From NCBI GenBank assembly GCA_964447515.1, contig CAYUSS010000004.1:532-64531 (forward strand): a stretch of 64,000 bases of DNA. The letters are read 5' to 3'. Numbering within the stretch: position 1 is the first letter of the stretch; every line of letters starts with the position of its first letter. The notes beneath the pieces are model-generated. The model was given only the letters and a program-made list of their open reading frames with translations, searched no databases and was not told where the DNA came from. The DNA comes from an uncultured Candidatus Saccharibacteria bacterium (GTDB taxonomy: Bacteria > Patescibacteriota > Minisyncoccia > Minisyncoccales > GWA2-38-27). Positions 7,820 to 15,481 of the stretch are shown here, in pieces. The position numbers and the translations under genes were made by a program.

Positions 7820-8398
7820 ATGGAAAATTTTAAACGAAACAATAGATCCGGCGGGAGAGGAAATAGCGGAAGATTTGCCGGCCGGAATTCAGGAAGACCA
7901 GCAATGCATAGGGCTATTTGCAGCGAATGTGGAAAAGACTGTGAAGTACCCTTTAAGCCAACTGGGGATAAACCCGTTTTCTGTAGTGACTGTTTCAGGA
8001 GCAAGAGAAATGCGGAACCGAGAAGATTCAGCGGAAAAGATTCCGGAAGATTTAATTCCGGCAATAAAAGAATGTACAAAGTGGTTTGCGACAAGTGCGG
8101 AAAGGAATGCGAAGTCCCTTTCAGGCCCACGAGTGACAAACCGATTTATTGCAGCCAATGTTTTAGCAGGGGAGGCAAAGATAAAAGTTCCGACCAAGTA
8201 AGCAAGCAATTTGAGATAATAAACGCCAAACTTGATAAAATCTTAAAAGCGTTAAGTCCCTGTATCTCTGCGGAAGCGGATGAAAAGAAAAAAACAATCA
8301 AAAAAACGGAAATTTCTAAACCCAAAAAAATAAGCAAGAGCAAAGACAAGAAGGTCATTTCTCCTAAAAAAGCAAAAGAAAAAAAGAAAAGGTTATAA
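7820..8398 (+). CDS. tandem zinc-ribbon protein (2x CxxCG...VPF.P....KP(V/I)(F/Y)CxxCF) with RG-rich N-terminus and Lys-rich tail
   Basis: Two internal repeats: CSECGKDCEVPFKPTGDKPVFCSDCF and CDKCGKECEVPFRPTSDKPIYCSQCF. The basic flanks suggest nucleic-acid binding. Confidence 0.5.
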   Translation: MENFKRNNRSGGRGNSGRFAGRNSGRPAMHRAICSECGKDCEVPFKPTGDKPVFCSDCFRSKRNAEPRRFSGKDSGRFNSGNKRMYKVVCDKCGKECEVPFRPTSDKPIYCSQCFSRGGKDKSSDQVSKQFEIINAKLDKILKALSPCISAEADEKKKTIKKTEISKPKKISKSKDKKVISPKKAKEKKKRL

Positions 8399-8620
8399 TA
8401 TAACTAATAAAAAATAAAAGGTAAAAAAAATGGGCATAGGATGGCATAACAGAAAAAGGCTTAATAAAAAGTTAAAAAAAAGAAGAATAAAAAGAAACCA
8501 ATCAAAGAAAAAGTGAAAGATAAGAGAAAATTAAGAAAATTCTACTAAATAGACTTAACATTATTTATACAAAATAGATCCTAAATTTGCTAACCTTTCT
8601 TTGATTTTATTCCAATCTAT

Positions 8621-8720
8621 GGTTCTAAACGCGTCACGTAGAGGGAGCAGGATAGTGAGACCGTTTGGGAGACAGAGAGGCCTACTTTGAAGCTATTTTC
8701 ATGACGGGTTTAGAACGTCC
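8621..8720 (+). repeat. GGTTCTAAC...GGGAGC junction repeat (copy I) with an inverted partner
   Basis: GGTTCTAAACGCGTCA..GGGAGC at 8621-8649. The inverted near-copy TGACGGGTTTAGAACG lies at 8703-8718. Confidence 0.55.
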
Positions 8721-8797
8721 TAAGCCCGCATAGCACTAGGGCGACCGGAAAGATTTGACTTTAAAATTGTCCTTTGCACGGTTTTTGACAAAAATAC

Positions 8798-8826
8798 TTG
8801 ACTTTTTGTCAGCAGTAAGCTATTGT
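8798..8826 (+). promoter_or_regulatory. sigma70-like promoter (TTGACT-17-TATTGT) giving a 5' UTR of about 200 nt for the RRM protein gene
   Basis: TTGACT 8798-8803, 17-nt spacer, TATTGT 8821-8826. The leader contains hairpin ATTGCAAC-GCAA-GTTGCAAT at 8980-8999 (GNRA loop). Confidence 0.4.
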
Positions 8827-9032
8827 AGTAAGGTAAGTTTCTGTTAATTTTCCTTTCCTTGCATATTTATTAATTATGTAAGCTCTGAAAGAAAATAAAA
8901 ACAGTGGTCGGCTTACTCATAAATAAATAGCGTAAGGAACAATTATACTTCTAGGGATATTTTTTACTACAAAATTATAATTGCAACGCAAGTTGCAATA
9001 ATTCTAGAGATAATTTTCACTTTGCTCGCATT

Positions 9033-9353
9033 ATGGCAAAAAAATTGTTTGTTGGTGGATTATCTTACGAGACCACCGAAGCGACTTTAAAAGAGACTTT
9101 TTCTCAGGCTGGAACCGTTGAATCGGCAACTGTGATTACCGATAAAATGTCCGGCCGTTCAAAGGGATTTGGTTTTGTTGAAATGTCTTCTGAAGAAGAA
9201 GCTCAAAAAGCCATTGAGATGTTCAATGGTAAAGAGATTGACGGGAAAAACGTTACAGTAAACGAAGCTAAACCTTTAGAGTCTCGTCCTCGAAGAGGTG
9301 GATTTAATCGCGGAAATCGAGACTTCGGCGGAAACCGAAGAGATCGCTGGTAA
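9033..9353 (+). CDS. RRM-type RNA-binding protein with RG-rich tail
   Basis: RNP-2 LFVGGL and RNP-1 KGFGFVEM. C-terminal tail RRGGFNRGNRDFGGNRR. Confidence 0.9.
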   Translation: MAKKLFVGGLSYETTEATLKETFSQAGTVESATVITDKMSGRSKGFGFVEMSSEEEAQKAIEMFNGKEIDGKNVTVNEAKPLESRPRRGGFNRGNRDFGGNRRDRW

Positions 9354-9365
9354 GAAAGTTGAAAA

Positions 9366-9389
9366 AAATCCCCTTATGGGGATTTTTTT
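9366..9389 (+). terminator. intrinsic terminator after the RRM gene
   Basis: AAATCCCC-TTAT-GGGGATTT followed by a T-run. Confidence 0.65.
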
Positions 9390-9536
9390 CATTTCTGTTT
9401 GAAATTTATCGCCATTTTGGCGGTTTCAGGTGTTTCATTCAGCACAAAAGTAATCACTGTGTTCAACAGTGTTGGAAATAAAGAGGTTTTATTTGGCCCT
9501 AGGGGAGCCAAAATCAAAATTTTCTAAAAAAATATT

Positions 9537-9911
9537 ATGACCCAAGAAGAATTTCAGGAAATTGTTGAAGAGGGGATTAAAGCAATCCCTAAAAAGTTTT
9601 TGGAAAAACTTAATAATGTTGATATTTGTATTGAGGAAGAACCCTCTCCTTATCAATTAGAAAAATTGAGAACCAAAAAAGGTTTTTTAGTTTTTGGCCT
9701 ATACCAGGGAATTCCTCAGACAAAAAGGCGAGGTTACGGCCAGGTTTTACCCGATAAAATAACTATTTTTAAAAAACCCATTGAAAGGATTGCCAAATCC
9801 AGAGAGGAAATTAAAAAAGCCGTTAGAAATACGGTTTGGCACGAAATTGCTCATCATTTTGGAATGGATGAAAGAGAGGTTCGGAAAGCAGAAAAGAAGC
9901 GGAAACAATAA
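9537..9911 (+). CDS. zincin-like metallopeptidase family protein (DUF1025-like)
   Basis: 124 aa with WHEIAHHFG (HExxH) close to the C-terminus, the typical layout of this small family. Confidence 0.7.
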   Translation: MTQEEFQEIVEEGIKAIPKKFLEKLNNVDICIEEEPSPYQLEKLRTKKGFLVFGLYQGIPQTKRRGYGQVLPDKITIFKKPIERIAKSREEIKKAVRNTVWHEIAHHFGMDEREVRKAEKKRKQ

Positions 9912-9927
9912 ATGTTTAAACTGGAAG

Positions 9928-10503
9928 TTATCCTTTTTCTATTCTTCGGACATATTGGATCTTTTCAGTGTTGATTTCAATAATATCTCCTTCTTCGATA
10001 AACAGAGGAACATTTATTTCGGCTTCGGTTTCTAAAACAACGATTTTAGTGCCGGCTTCAGCCCTGTTACCCCTGACCCCTGGCGGGGCTTGTTTTACTT
10101 TTAACTGGATTTTTATCGGTAAAGAGATATTGATTACTTTTTCCTTAAAAATAATTCCTTCAACAATTTGGTTTGATTTTAGAAATTTATTAGCAGAGCC
10201 AATTTGTTCTTTGGTTAACTTAAATCTATTAGAGGAATCATTTTCTTTGCAAAAAACAAATTTTTCGCGGTGAGAATATAAAAATTTAGCTTTTATTCTT
10301 GAGATTTCCGCTGTTTCAAAAGTATCCGAAGGGTGAAAGGTTTTTGAAATTATATTGCCGCTAACTAAATTTTTCAGTTTTGCCTGCAATACTGAATGAC
10401 CTCTTGCTTTAAACATAGAAGAGGCCTCAATTATTTGATGAGGTTGATTATTAAGAATAATTTGTTTTCCTTTTTTTAATTCAGAGTAGGGGATTGAAGT
10501 CAT
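9928..10503 (-). CDS. efp: elongation factor P
   Basis: 191 aa with the three-domain EF-P pattern (N-terminal KOW-like region, ..VPLFIEEGDII..). Confidence 0.9.
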   Translation of the reverse strand: MTSIPYSELKKGKQIILNNQPHQIIEASSMFKARGHSVLQAKLKNLVSGNIISKTFHPSDTFETAEISRIKAKFLYSHREKFVFCKENDSSNRFKLTKEQIGSANKFLKSNQIVEGIIFKEKVINISLPIKIQLKVKQAPPGVRGNRAEAGTKIVVLETEAEINVPLFIEEGDIIEINTEKIQYVRRIEKG

Positions 10504-11395
10504 GATGTCCTCTTAAAAATTCATTTATCTCCATTGGTTTTTTACTCTCCATTTGGAGTTTTTCAATAATTAAATAGCCCTTTCCGCATTTAACTGCAAA
10601 TTTATCTTTAGGAAATTTTTCAACTGCCTCAGCTTCTATAATCTTTATTCTTTTTCCTTTCCAAAAAAAGAAGCTTCCGGGCCAAGGATAAAAAGCCCTA
10701 ATTTGTCTTTCAATTTCTTGGACTGGCTTTGACCGGTTAATTTTTCCATCCTCTTTTTTTATGATTTTTGTATAAGTTGCTTTGGATTCGTCTTGGGGTT
10801 GGGGCTTGATTTCGCTATTTATCCATTTGGGGATTGTTTTAACTAATAATTCAATACCTAATTCAGCTAATTTTTTACTTAATTTTTCGTAAGTAATTTT
10901 GGTTATTGGGATTTCCCATTCTCGCTGAGCGAGAATGGGTCCGTAGTCTATCTTCTCATCCATTAAAATTATTGTTAGACCTGTTTCTTTGTCGCCATTT
11001 AAAATAGTTGTTTGGATAGGAGAAGGGCCTCTATATTTTGGTAAAAGAGAAGGGTGAATGTTTAGGCAGCCAAATTTTGGGATTTCTAAAATTTCTTTTG
11101 GCAAGATTTGCCTGTAGGCAGCTAAAATTATTAAATCTGGTTTGATACTTGATACTTGATACTTGATATTTGATACTTTTATAGGTTGTAAGAAAGGAAT
11201 TTCATATTTTTCAGCAATAATCTTTACCGGCGGGGGAGATAAAACTTGCTTCCTGCCAGCCGGTTTATCGGGAGCGGTGATAACCAAAATAGGCCTATAA
11301 TTATTTTTAATAAGTCCTTCTAAAATAATCGCCCCGAATTTTGGGGTTCCTAAAAAGACAATTTTAGGTTTTGTTATTTTTTGTTCATTGTTCAT
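10481..11395 (-). CDS. fmt: methionyl-tRNA formyltransferase (carries an in-frame 35-nt heptamer array)
   Basis: IVFLGTP.FG, NIHPSLLPKYRGPSPIQ. Start chosen at the ATGA overlap with the upstream stop (11395). Heptamer array at 11144-11178 encodes IKYQVSSIK. Confidence 0.9.
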   Translation of the reverse strand: MNNEQKITKPKIVFLGTPKFGAIILEGLIKNNYRPILVITAPDKPAGRKQVLSPPPVKIIAEKYEIPFLQPIKVSNIKYQVSSIKPDLIILAAYRQILPKEILEIPKFGCLNIHPSLLPKYRGPSPIQTTILNGDKETGLTIILMDEKIDYGPILAQREWEIPITKITYEKLSKKLAELGIELLVKTIPKWINSEIKPQPQDESKATYTKIIKKEDGKINRSKPVQEIERQIRAFYPWPGSFFFWKGKRIKIIEAEAVEKFPKDKFAVKCGKGYLIIEKLQMESKKPMEINEFLRGHHDFNPLL

Positions 11396-12066
11396 TTGAC
11401 AATTCGCCATTCAACATCCGATTTTTTGCCGGCAAATTCTAACCATTGGCCGCTCTCATCAATAACATACCATTTCTTCTTGGTCTCTGACCAAACCATT
11501 GGGTTCCCTTGAAAAAAAGGTTTTTTCACAATTTCTTTGGGCTTTAATCTATCTAATTCCAGCCATTTTTTAAAAACAGTTTCAATAGCATAGTCCAAAT
11601 CTCTTGATTTCGCCCATTTGGCAACCTTATCAATTGCTTGTTTAGCTTTTTCTATATTGCCGGCCAATTCCAAAAGTTGTTTGGCGGGTTTGGTATAACG
11701 GGAATAGATTATTTTTCTTTTTCTAGCGTTTCGTTTGATTTCGTCTAAACTTAATCCTTTGGTTTTAAAATAATAGGTAACAATCTGGCGAATGGCTGTT
11801 TCCTCTTTTAATGCTTTGTAATATTTAATTTTCCCGGTTTTTAAGTATTCTTCAATTTTCTTAGCAATGCTTTTACCCACTCCTTGAATTTCCTCAAGGC
11901 CTTTAAGACCTTTCTTTTTATAAATCTCGGCAACATCTTTTCCTAAACCCTTTAAAGAATCAGCAGCTTTTTTATAAGCTTTTGGCTTGAAAGCCACCCC
12001 TTTTATATTCAAATATTCTTCTATCTCGTATAATAATTTAGCAATTTTTTTATTCATATTTTTCAA
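11392..12066 (-). CDS. helix-hairpin-helix protein with a Pol X-like N-terminal domain; C-terminal half unknown
   Basis: The N-terminus NKKIAKLLYEIEEYL...FKPKAYKKAADSL...IQGVGKSIAKKIEEYLKTGK resembles the 8-kDa/HhH region of family X polymerases. No polymerase catalytic domain is present. Confidence 0.5.
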   Translation of the reverse strand: MKNMNKKIAKLLYEIEEYLNIKGVAFKPKAYKKAADSLKGLGKDVAEIYKKKGLKGLEEIQGVGKSIAKKIEEYLKTGKIKYYKALKEETAIRQIVTYYFKTKGLSLDEIKRNARKRKIIYSRYTKPAKQLLELAGNIEKAKQAIDKVAKWAKSRDLDYAIETVFKKWLELDRLKPKEIVKKPFFQGNPMVWSETKKKWYVIDESGQWLEFAGKKSDVEWRIVK

Positions 12067-12101
12067 CGCTAAATTTAATTCAAGAATATATATTTTATAT
12101 A

Positions 12102-12138
12102 CCTTAGCGAATCAAGGTTCTGCCGAAGGCAGGTTCTT
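12102..12138 (-). repeat. AAGAACC-hairpin-GAACCTTGATTCGCYAAGG element (3' of the AMMECR1 gene)
   Basis: The minus strand reads AAGAACCTGCCTTCGGCAGAACCTTGATTCGCTAAGG. Family members at 16403, 52594 and 57581. Confidence 0.75.
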
Positions 12139-12163
12139 ATAAATTATTAATTTTTTCTATTCT

Positions 12164-12760
12164 TTATGTATATTTCTTTACTGTAAAACGATAAATTACT
12201 ATATTTTCTTTTTTTGGGTCAATTCCTCCTTTTTGACAGGCAATAGAAACCTGTTGCTCAACTGTATCTACTCCATCCAAATCTGGGAGCAAAAGCCCAG
12301 ATTTAGGCGAAGTATGTCCATTAAACACAACATCGGTTCCGCCAGGACTCCGACCCGTCCGCCGCCTTCCCTCATGGCTCCTAGAAATAGGCACTGTTTT
12401 TATTATTATACCGTATTTTTTAGGGTCAAGTTCTTTTATGTCTTTTACCAATTCTGGTTCATTTAAAATATAAACTGTATAAGAAAGATAGGGAAGTTCC
12501 TCTTTTTGAATTGGCCCAAAGCGATAATCTTCAATAGCGGCGGCAATAGCATTATAAATGATTTCCTGAGCGATATTCTCTTTAGTTGGTAAATAAGTGC
12601 CAATACAACCTCGAAGCTGTTCTTGTTTCTCAATTGTAACAAAAACACCGGATTTTTCCTTCAAAAATTCTTTTGGCAAGTTTTCAGGAGGCGAAATAAT
12701 CTTCTTTTTCCCAATATAATTTTCTACTGCTGATTTGACAAGTAAAATGTAGGAGTTCAT
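12164..12760 (-). CDS. AMMECR1 domain protein (AmmeMemoRadiSam protein A-like) with a GC-rich in-frame insert
   Basis: LRGCIGT motif and SGLLLPDL. About 24 extra residues (..SRSHEGRRRTGRSPGGTDVVFNGH..) lie between GIIIK and SGLLLP, encoded by GC-rich DNA at about 12302-12397. Confidence 0.8.
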   Translation of the reverse strand: MNSYILLVKSAVENYIGKKKIISPPENLPKEFLKEKSGVFVTIEKQEQLRGCIGTYLPTKENIAQEIIYNAIAAAIEDYRFGPIQKEELPYLSYTVYILNEPELVKDIKELDPKKYGIIIKTVPISRSHEGRRRTGRSPGGTDVVFNGHTSPKSGLLLPDLDGVDTVEQQVSIACQKGGIDPKKENIVIYRFTVKKYT

Positions 12761-12770
12761 ATTTACTGGG

Positions 12771-13070
12771 TTATCTCAATACTTGTTTTATTCTTTCAGC
12801 TTCGTTTTCTACTACTTTGCCGTCGTATTCTCCGGCGTGGTCATGAGCTGTTTTATACACAGGTCTTTTCTGGTCTAAATGAAGGTTAAAAATTATTTCG
12901 TCTTTTTCTATATCAATTTTCAAATAAAGATGAAATCTGGGATACCCGCTTCTTTCCAATGGTCGAATAAAAGATAGTTCAAATTCTTTTTGTTGTAGAA
13001 AATAATAACCGGCTCTTCTCATTAGGGTTACAGGATTTTCTTTTAAATGATTTTTAATAATAAATTGCAT
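12771..13070 (-). CDS. conserved-looking 99-aa protein of unknown function embedded in the AMMECR1/LigB/radical-SAM cluster
   Basis: Clean ORF tightly packed between cluster genes. I recognise no motif in it. Confidence 0.45.
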   Translation of the reverse strand: MQFIIKNHLKENPVTLMRRAGYYFLQQKEFELSFIRPLERSGYPRFHLYLKIDIEKDEIIFNLHLDQKRPVYKTAHDHAGEYDGKVVENEAERIKQVLR

Positions 13071-13078
13071 AAAACATT

Positions 13079-13729
13079 TTATAATAATTTAAAGTTTACA
13101 ACTAAATATCCAACCCCGAAAGGACCTTGGTAAGATAAAATTTCTGGCAGCCAATTTATTCCCGCTTCTTCTAAAATTCCTAAAAGAAAAGAAAAAGAGC
13201 GCAAGCCGCATTCTCCAGCTTCTGGATACATTTCATCTAATTTTAGAAAATTTTCAATATCTTTTTCTTTTAAAAACTTAATCAGAGCTTGGTCAAATTT
13301 AGGGCCTTGAGGATTAAAACCGTAAGGACCATCTTCTTTTAAACAGTGGGAGAGATCGCCAGAAGCAATTAAGGCGTAGTTTAATTTACGAGACCCGACC
13401 TCGTAACGAGGTCGGGTCTCGTTTTTAAGTTTTTTGTAAACTTTTTTGCCTTTTTCAAAATAAGATTTTGGAGATTCTAATCCAGTTAAATACGTTTTTA
13501 TTTCTCCTTTAAAATCTTTTGCTAAAAAATAAAGAGGAACATTAAACCCCCAATCAAGATGAGGAGAAGAGATAATTATTGCGTCGGGATTTAGTTTCAT
13601 TAATTTTTCTCCCAAAAATTCCAGGCTTTTAATAGTTTTTTCAAGTTCCTCTCTATCTTTTTCTGAGCCGACTGAAGGTAAGAGGAGAGGGGGGTGAGGG
13701 GATATAGCTGCGAAAACAATTTTTGTCAT
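13079..13729 (-). CDS. class III extradiol dioxygenase-like (LigB/Memo-like) protein with an in-frame 35-nt perfect palindrome
   Basis: N-terminal ISPHPPLLLP and SGDLSH, with EAGECG near the C-terminus. The palindrome ACGAGACCCGACCTCGT-A-ACGAGGTCGGGTCTCGT at 13388-13422 encodes ..ETRPRYEVGSR.. Confidence 0.65.
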   Translation of the reverse strand: MTKIVFAAISPHPPLLLPSVGSEKDREELEKTIKSLEFLGEKLMKLNPDAIIISSPHLDWGFNVPLYFLAKDFKGEIKTYLTGLESPKSYFEKGKKVYKKLKNETRPRYEVGSRKLNYALIASGDLSHCLKEDGPYGFNPQGPKFDQALIKFLKEKDIENFLKLDEMYPEAGECGLRSFSFLLGILEEAGINWLPEILSYQGPFGVGYLVVNFKLL

Positions 13730-13778
13730 AATATTCTAATATAATATTCTAGTATTCTTGAGAACTTGAGAATATAAT

Positions 13779-14798
13779 TTATTTTAAGATTAAATTTAAA
13801 TCTTCGCCGCACTTTGCACATTTCCCATTTTTGTCATAACGGGAAATTTGATATCCAATTCTGTTAATCATTTTTGTTTTGCATTTGGGGCAAAAAGTGT
13901 CTTCTGATTCTATTCCAGGGACATTGCCAGTATAAACATATTTCAAGCCGGCTTTTTCCCCGATATTAAATGCTTTTTTTAAGGTCTCTATTGGAGTATC
14001 AGCTAAATCTTGGAGTTTCCAGGAAATTGCTCCGCAAAATTGGCTAACATGCCAGGGAGTTTCTGAGCCAAGTTCATTTTTTATAAAGTTAGCAATATTT
14101 TTAAAAATTTCTTCTGAATCATTTAGAGTTGGAATAACCAAAGTTGTCACCTCAACCCAGATTTTTTTATTTTTTAACCGTTTTAGAATATTTAAAACTG
14201 GCTCTAGTTTTCCTCCACAATATTTCCGGTAAAATTCATCAGAAAAACTTTTTAAATCAATATTAGCAGCGTCTAAATAAGGAGAGATTAAACCAAATAA
14301 TTCTTTTGACCAAAATCCATTACTAACCCAATTATTTTTTAACCCCTCTTTTCTGGCTAATTTCATTGTATCTAAAGCATATTCTGAGAAAATCGCAGCT
14401 TCGGTGTAGGTATAGGAAATGCTTGGTAGATTTCTTTCTTTGGCAATTTGAACAATTTTTTCTGGAGAGATTTCTTCTCCCACAATTTTCCCGGTCAGCT
14501 GGGGCATTTGAGAAATATCATAATTCTGGCAGCTCCCGCATTTGAAATTACAACCAACCGTTGCTATAGACAATGATTGTGTTCCAGGCAAAAAATGGAA
14601 AAAAGGTTTCTTTTCAATTGGGTCAACATTTAAAGCACAGGCCTTTCCATAAACCAAAGAATAAAGTTTACCATTCTGGTTCTCCTTTACGCCACAAATT
14701 CCTCTTTTTCCTTCCTCAATAGCACAATAATGAGCGCAGTTCTGACATTGAACTTTTCTATTGGGTAGTTTTTTATAGAGATAAGCTTCCTTCATCAC
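13779..14798 (-). CDS. AmmeMemoRadiSam-type radical SAM enzyme (PFL-activase-like)
   Basis: CxxxCxxC cluster GCNFKCGSCQN, plus an N-terminal Cys cluster CQNCAHYC and a C-terminal zinc-ribbon CPKC...CAKC. Confidence 0.8.
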   Translation of the reverse strand: MMKEAYLYKKLPNRKVQCQNCAHYCAIEEGKRGICGVKENQNGKLYSLVYGKACALNVDPIEKKPFFHFLPGTQSLSIATVGCNFKCGSCQNYDISQMPQLTGKIVGEEISPEKIVQIAKERNLPSISYTYTEAAIFSEYALDTMKLARKEGLKNNWVSNGFWSKELFGLISPYLDAANIDLKSFSDEFYRKYCGGKLEPVLNILKRLKNKKIWVEVTTLVIPTLNDSEEIFKNIANFIKNELGSETPWHVSQFCGAISWKLQDLADTPIETLKKAFNIGEKAGLKYVYTGNVPGIESEDTFCPKCKTKMINRIGYQISRYDKNGKCAKCGEDLNLILK

Positions 14799-14841
14799 GC
14801 TTTAATTTTAACTTTTTTTATGATAAAATTCAATTGATATT

Positions 14842-15414
14842 ATGAAACAAAGACGTCGAGTTTTCATTGCTATAAATTTACCAGAAAACATAAAAAAGAA
14901 ACTGGCAGAATATCAGAGGAAATGGCCAGAATTACCTATCAGGTGGACCAAACCAGATAATATTCATATTACTTTAGTCTTCTTGGGATATATCAGAGAT
15001 GAAGAGCTTTTAGAGATTTCCAAAATTATCAAAGAAGTGGCCTCCCAACGTTCTTCATTTTCAGTTAATTTAAATAATATTTGCTATGGTCCGCCTAAAA
15101 AAATGCCGCCCAGAATGATTTGGGGAGTAGGGGCAAAGTCCGCTGAATTCGCCTCCTTAAGAGATGATTTAGATAAATTATTATTAGATTCAGAAAATAC
15201 CAATTTTTCTTCAGAGAAGAGAGAATTTTTTCCTCATATTACCTTGGGGAGAATTAGAAAATGGGAATGGCAGCGAATTGAGCCCGAAGAAAGGCCAGAA
15301 GTTAATGAAGAGATAAATTTAATTTTTTCAGTGGATTCAATAGAAATGATGGAAAGTGTATTAAAAAAAACAGGACCAGAATACACCATACTTGAATCAG
15401 TTCCATTGGGCTGA
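14842..15414 (+). CDS. thpR: RNA 2',3'-cyclic phosphodiesterase (2H family, LigT/ThpR)
   Basis: Two HxT motifs: NIHITLVFLG and FPHITLGRI. Confidence 0.85.
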   Translation: MKQRRRVFIAINLPENIKKKLAEYQRKWPELPIRWTKPDNIHITLVFLGYIRDEELLEISKIIKEVASQRSSFSVNLNNICYGPPKKMPPRMIWGVGAKSAEFASLRDDLDKLLLDSENTNFSSEKREFFPHITLGRIRKWEWQRIEPEERPEVNEEINLIFSVDSIEMMESVLKKTGPEYTILESVPLG

Positions 15415-15427
15415 TTTAGATACTAAT

Positions 15428-15464
15428 ATTCAAGGTCGGGTGTTCAAGGTTGGGTCTTGAACAT
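15428..15464 (-). repeat. GTTCAAsACCCGACsTTGAAC repeat (inverted copy)
   Basis: ATTCAAGGTCGGGTGTTCAAGGTTGGGTCTTGAACAT is the reverse complement of the element found at 27875 and 31912. Confidence 0.7.
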
Positions 15465-15481
15465 ATAATTTTATTTTATTT

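Noticed and set aside
7786-8358. Four long overlapping ORFs (7786..8139 -, 7875..8201 +, 7889..8209 -, 8146..8358 -) across the zinc-ribbon gene.
   Set aside because: They are a by-product of locally high GC and few stop codons. Only the 7820..8398 frame shows a repeated CxxC...CxxCF domain structure.
8621-8720. Integron attC-like site: TTCTAAAC ... GTTTAGAAC inverted cores about 100 nt apart, with a cassette-like gene array.
   Set aside because: Only this one copy has an inverted partner; the other copies carry direct repeats. The cores deviate from RYYYAAC/GTTRRRY, each cassette has its own promoter, and no integrase is present in the window. I keep it only as a weak alternative inside the junction-repeat finding.
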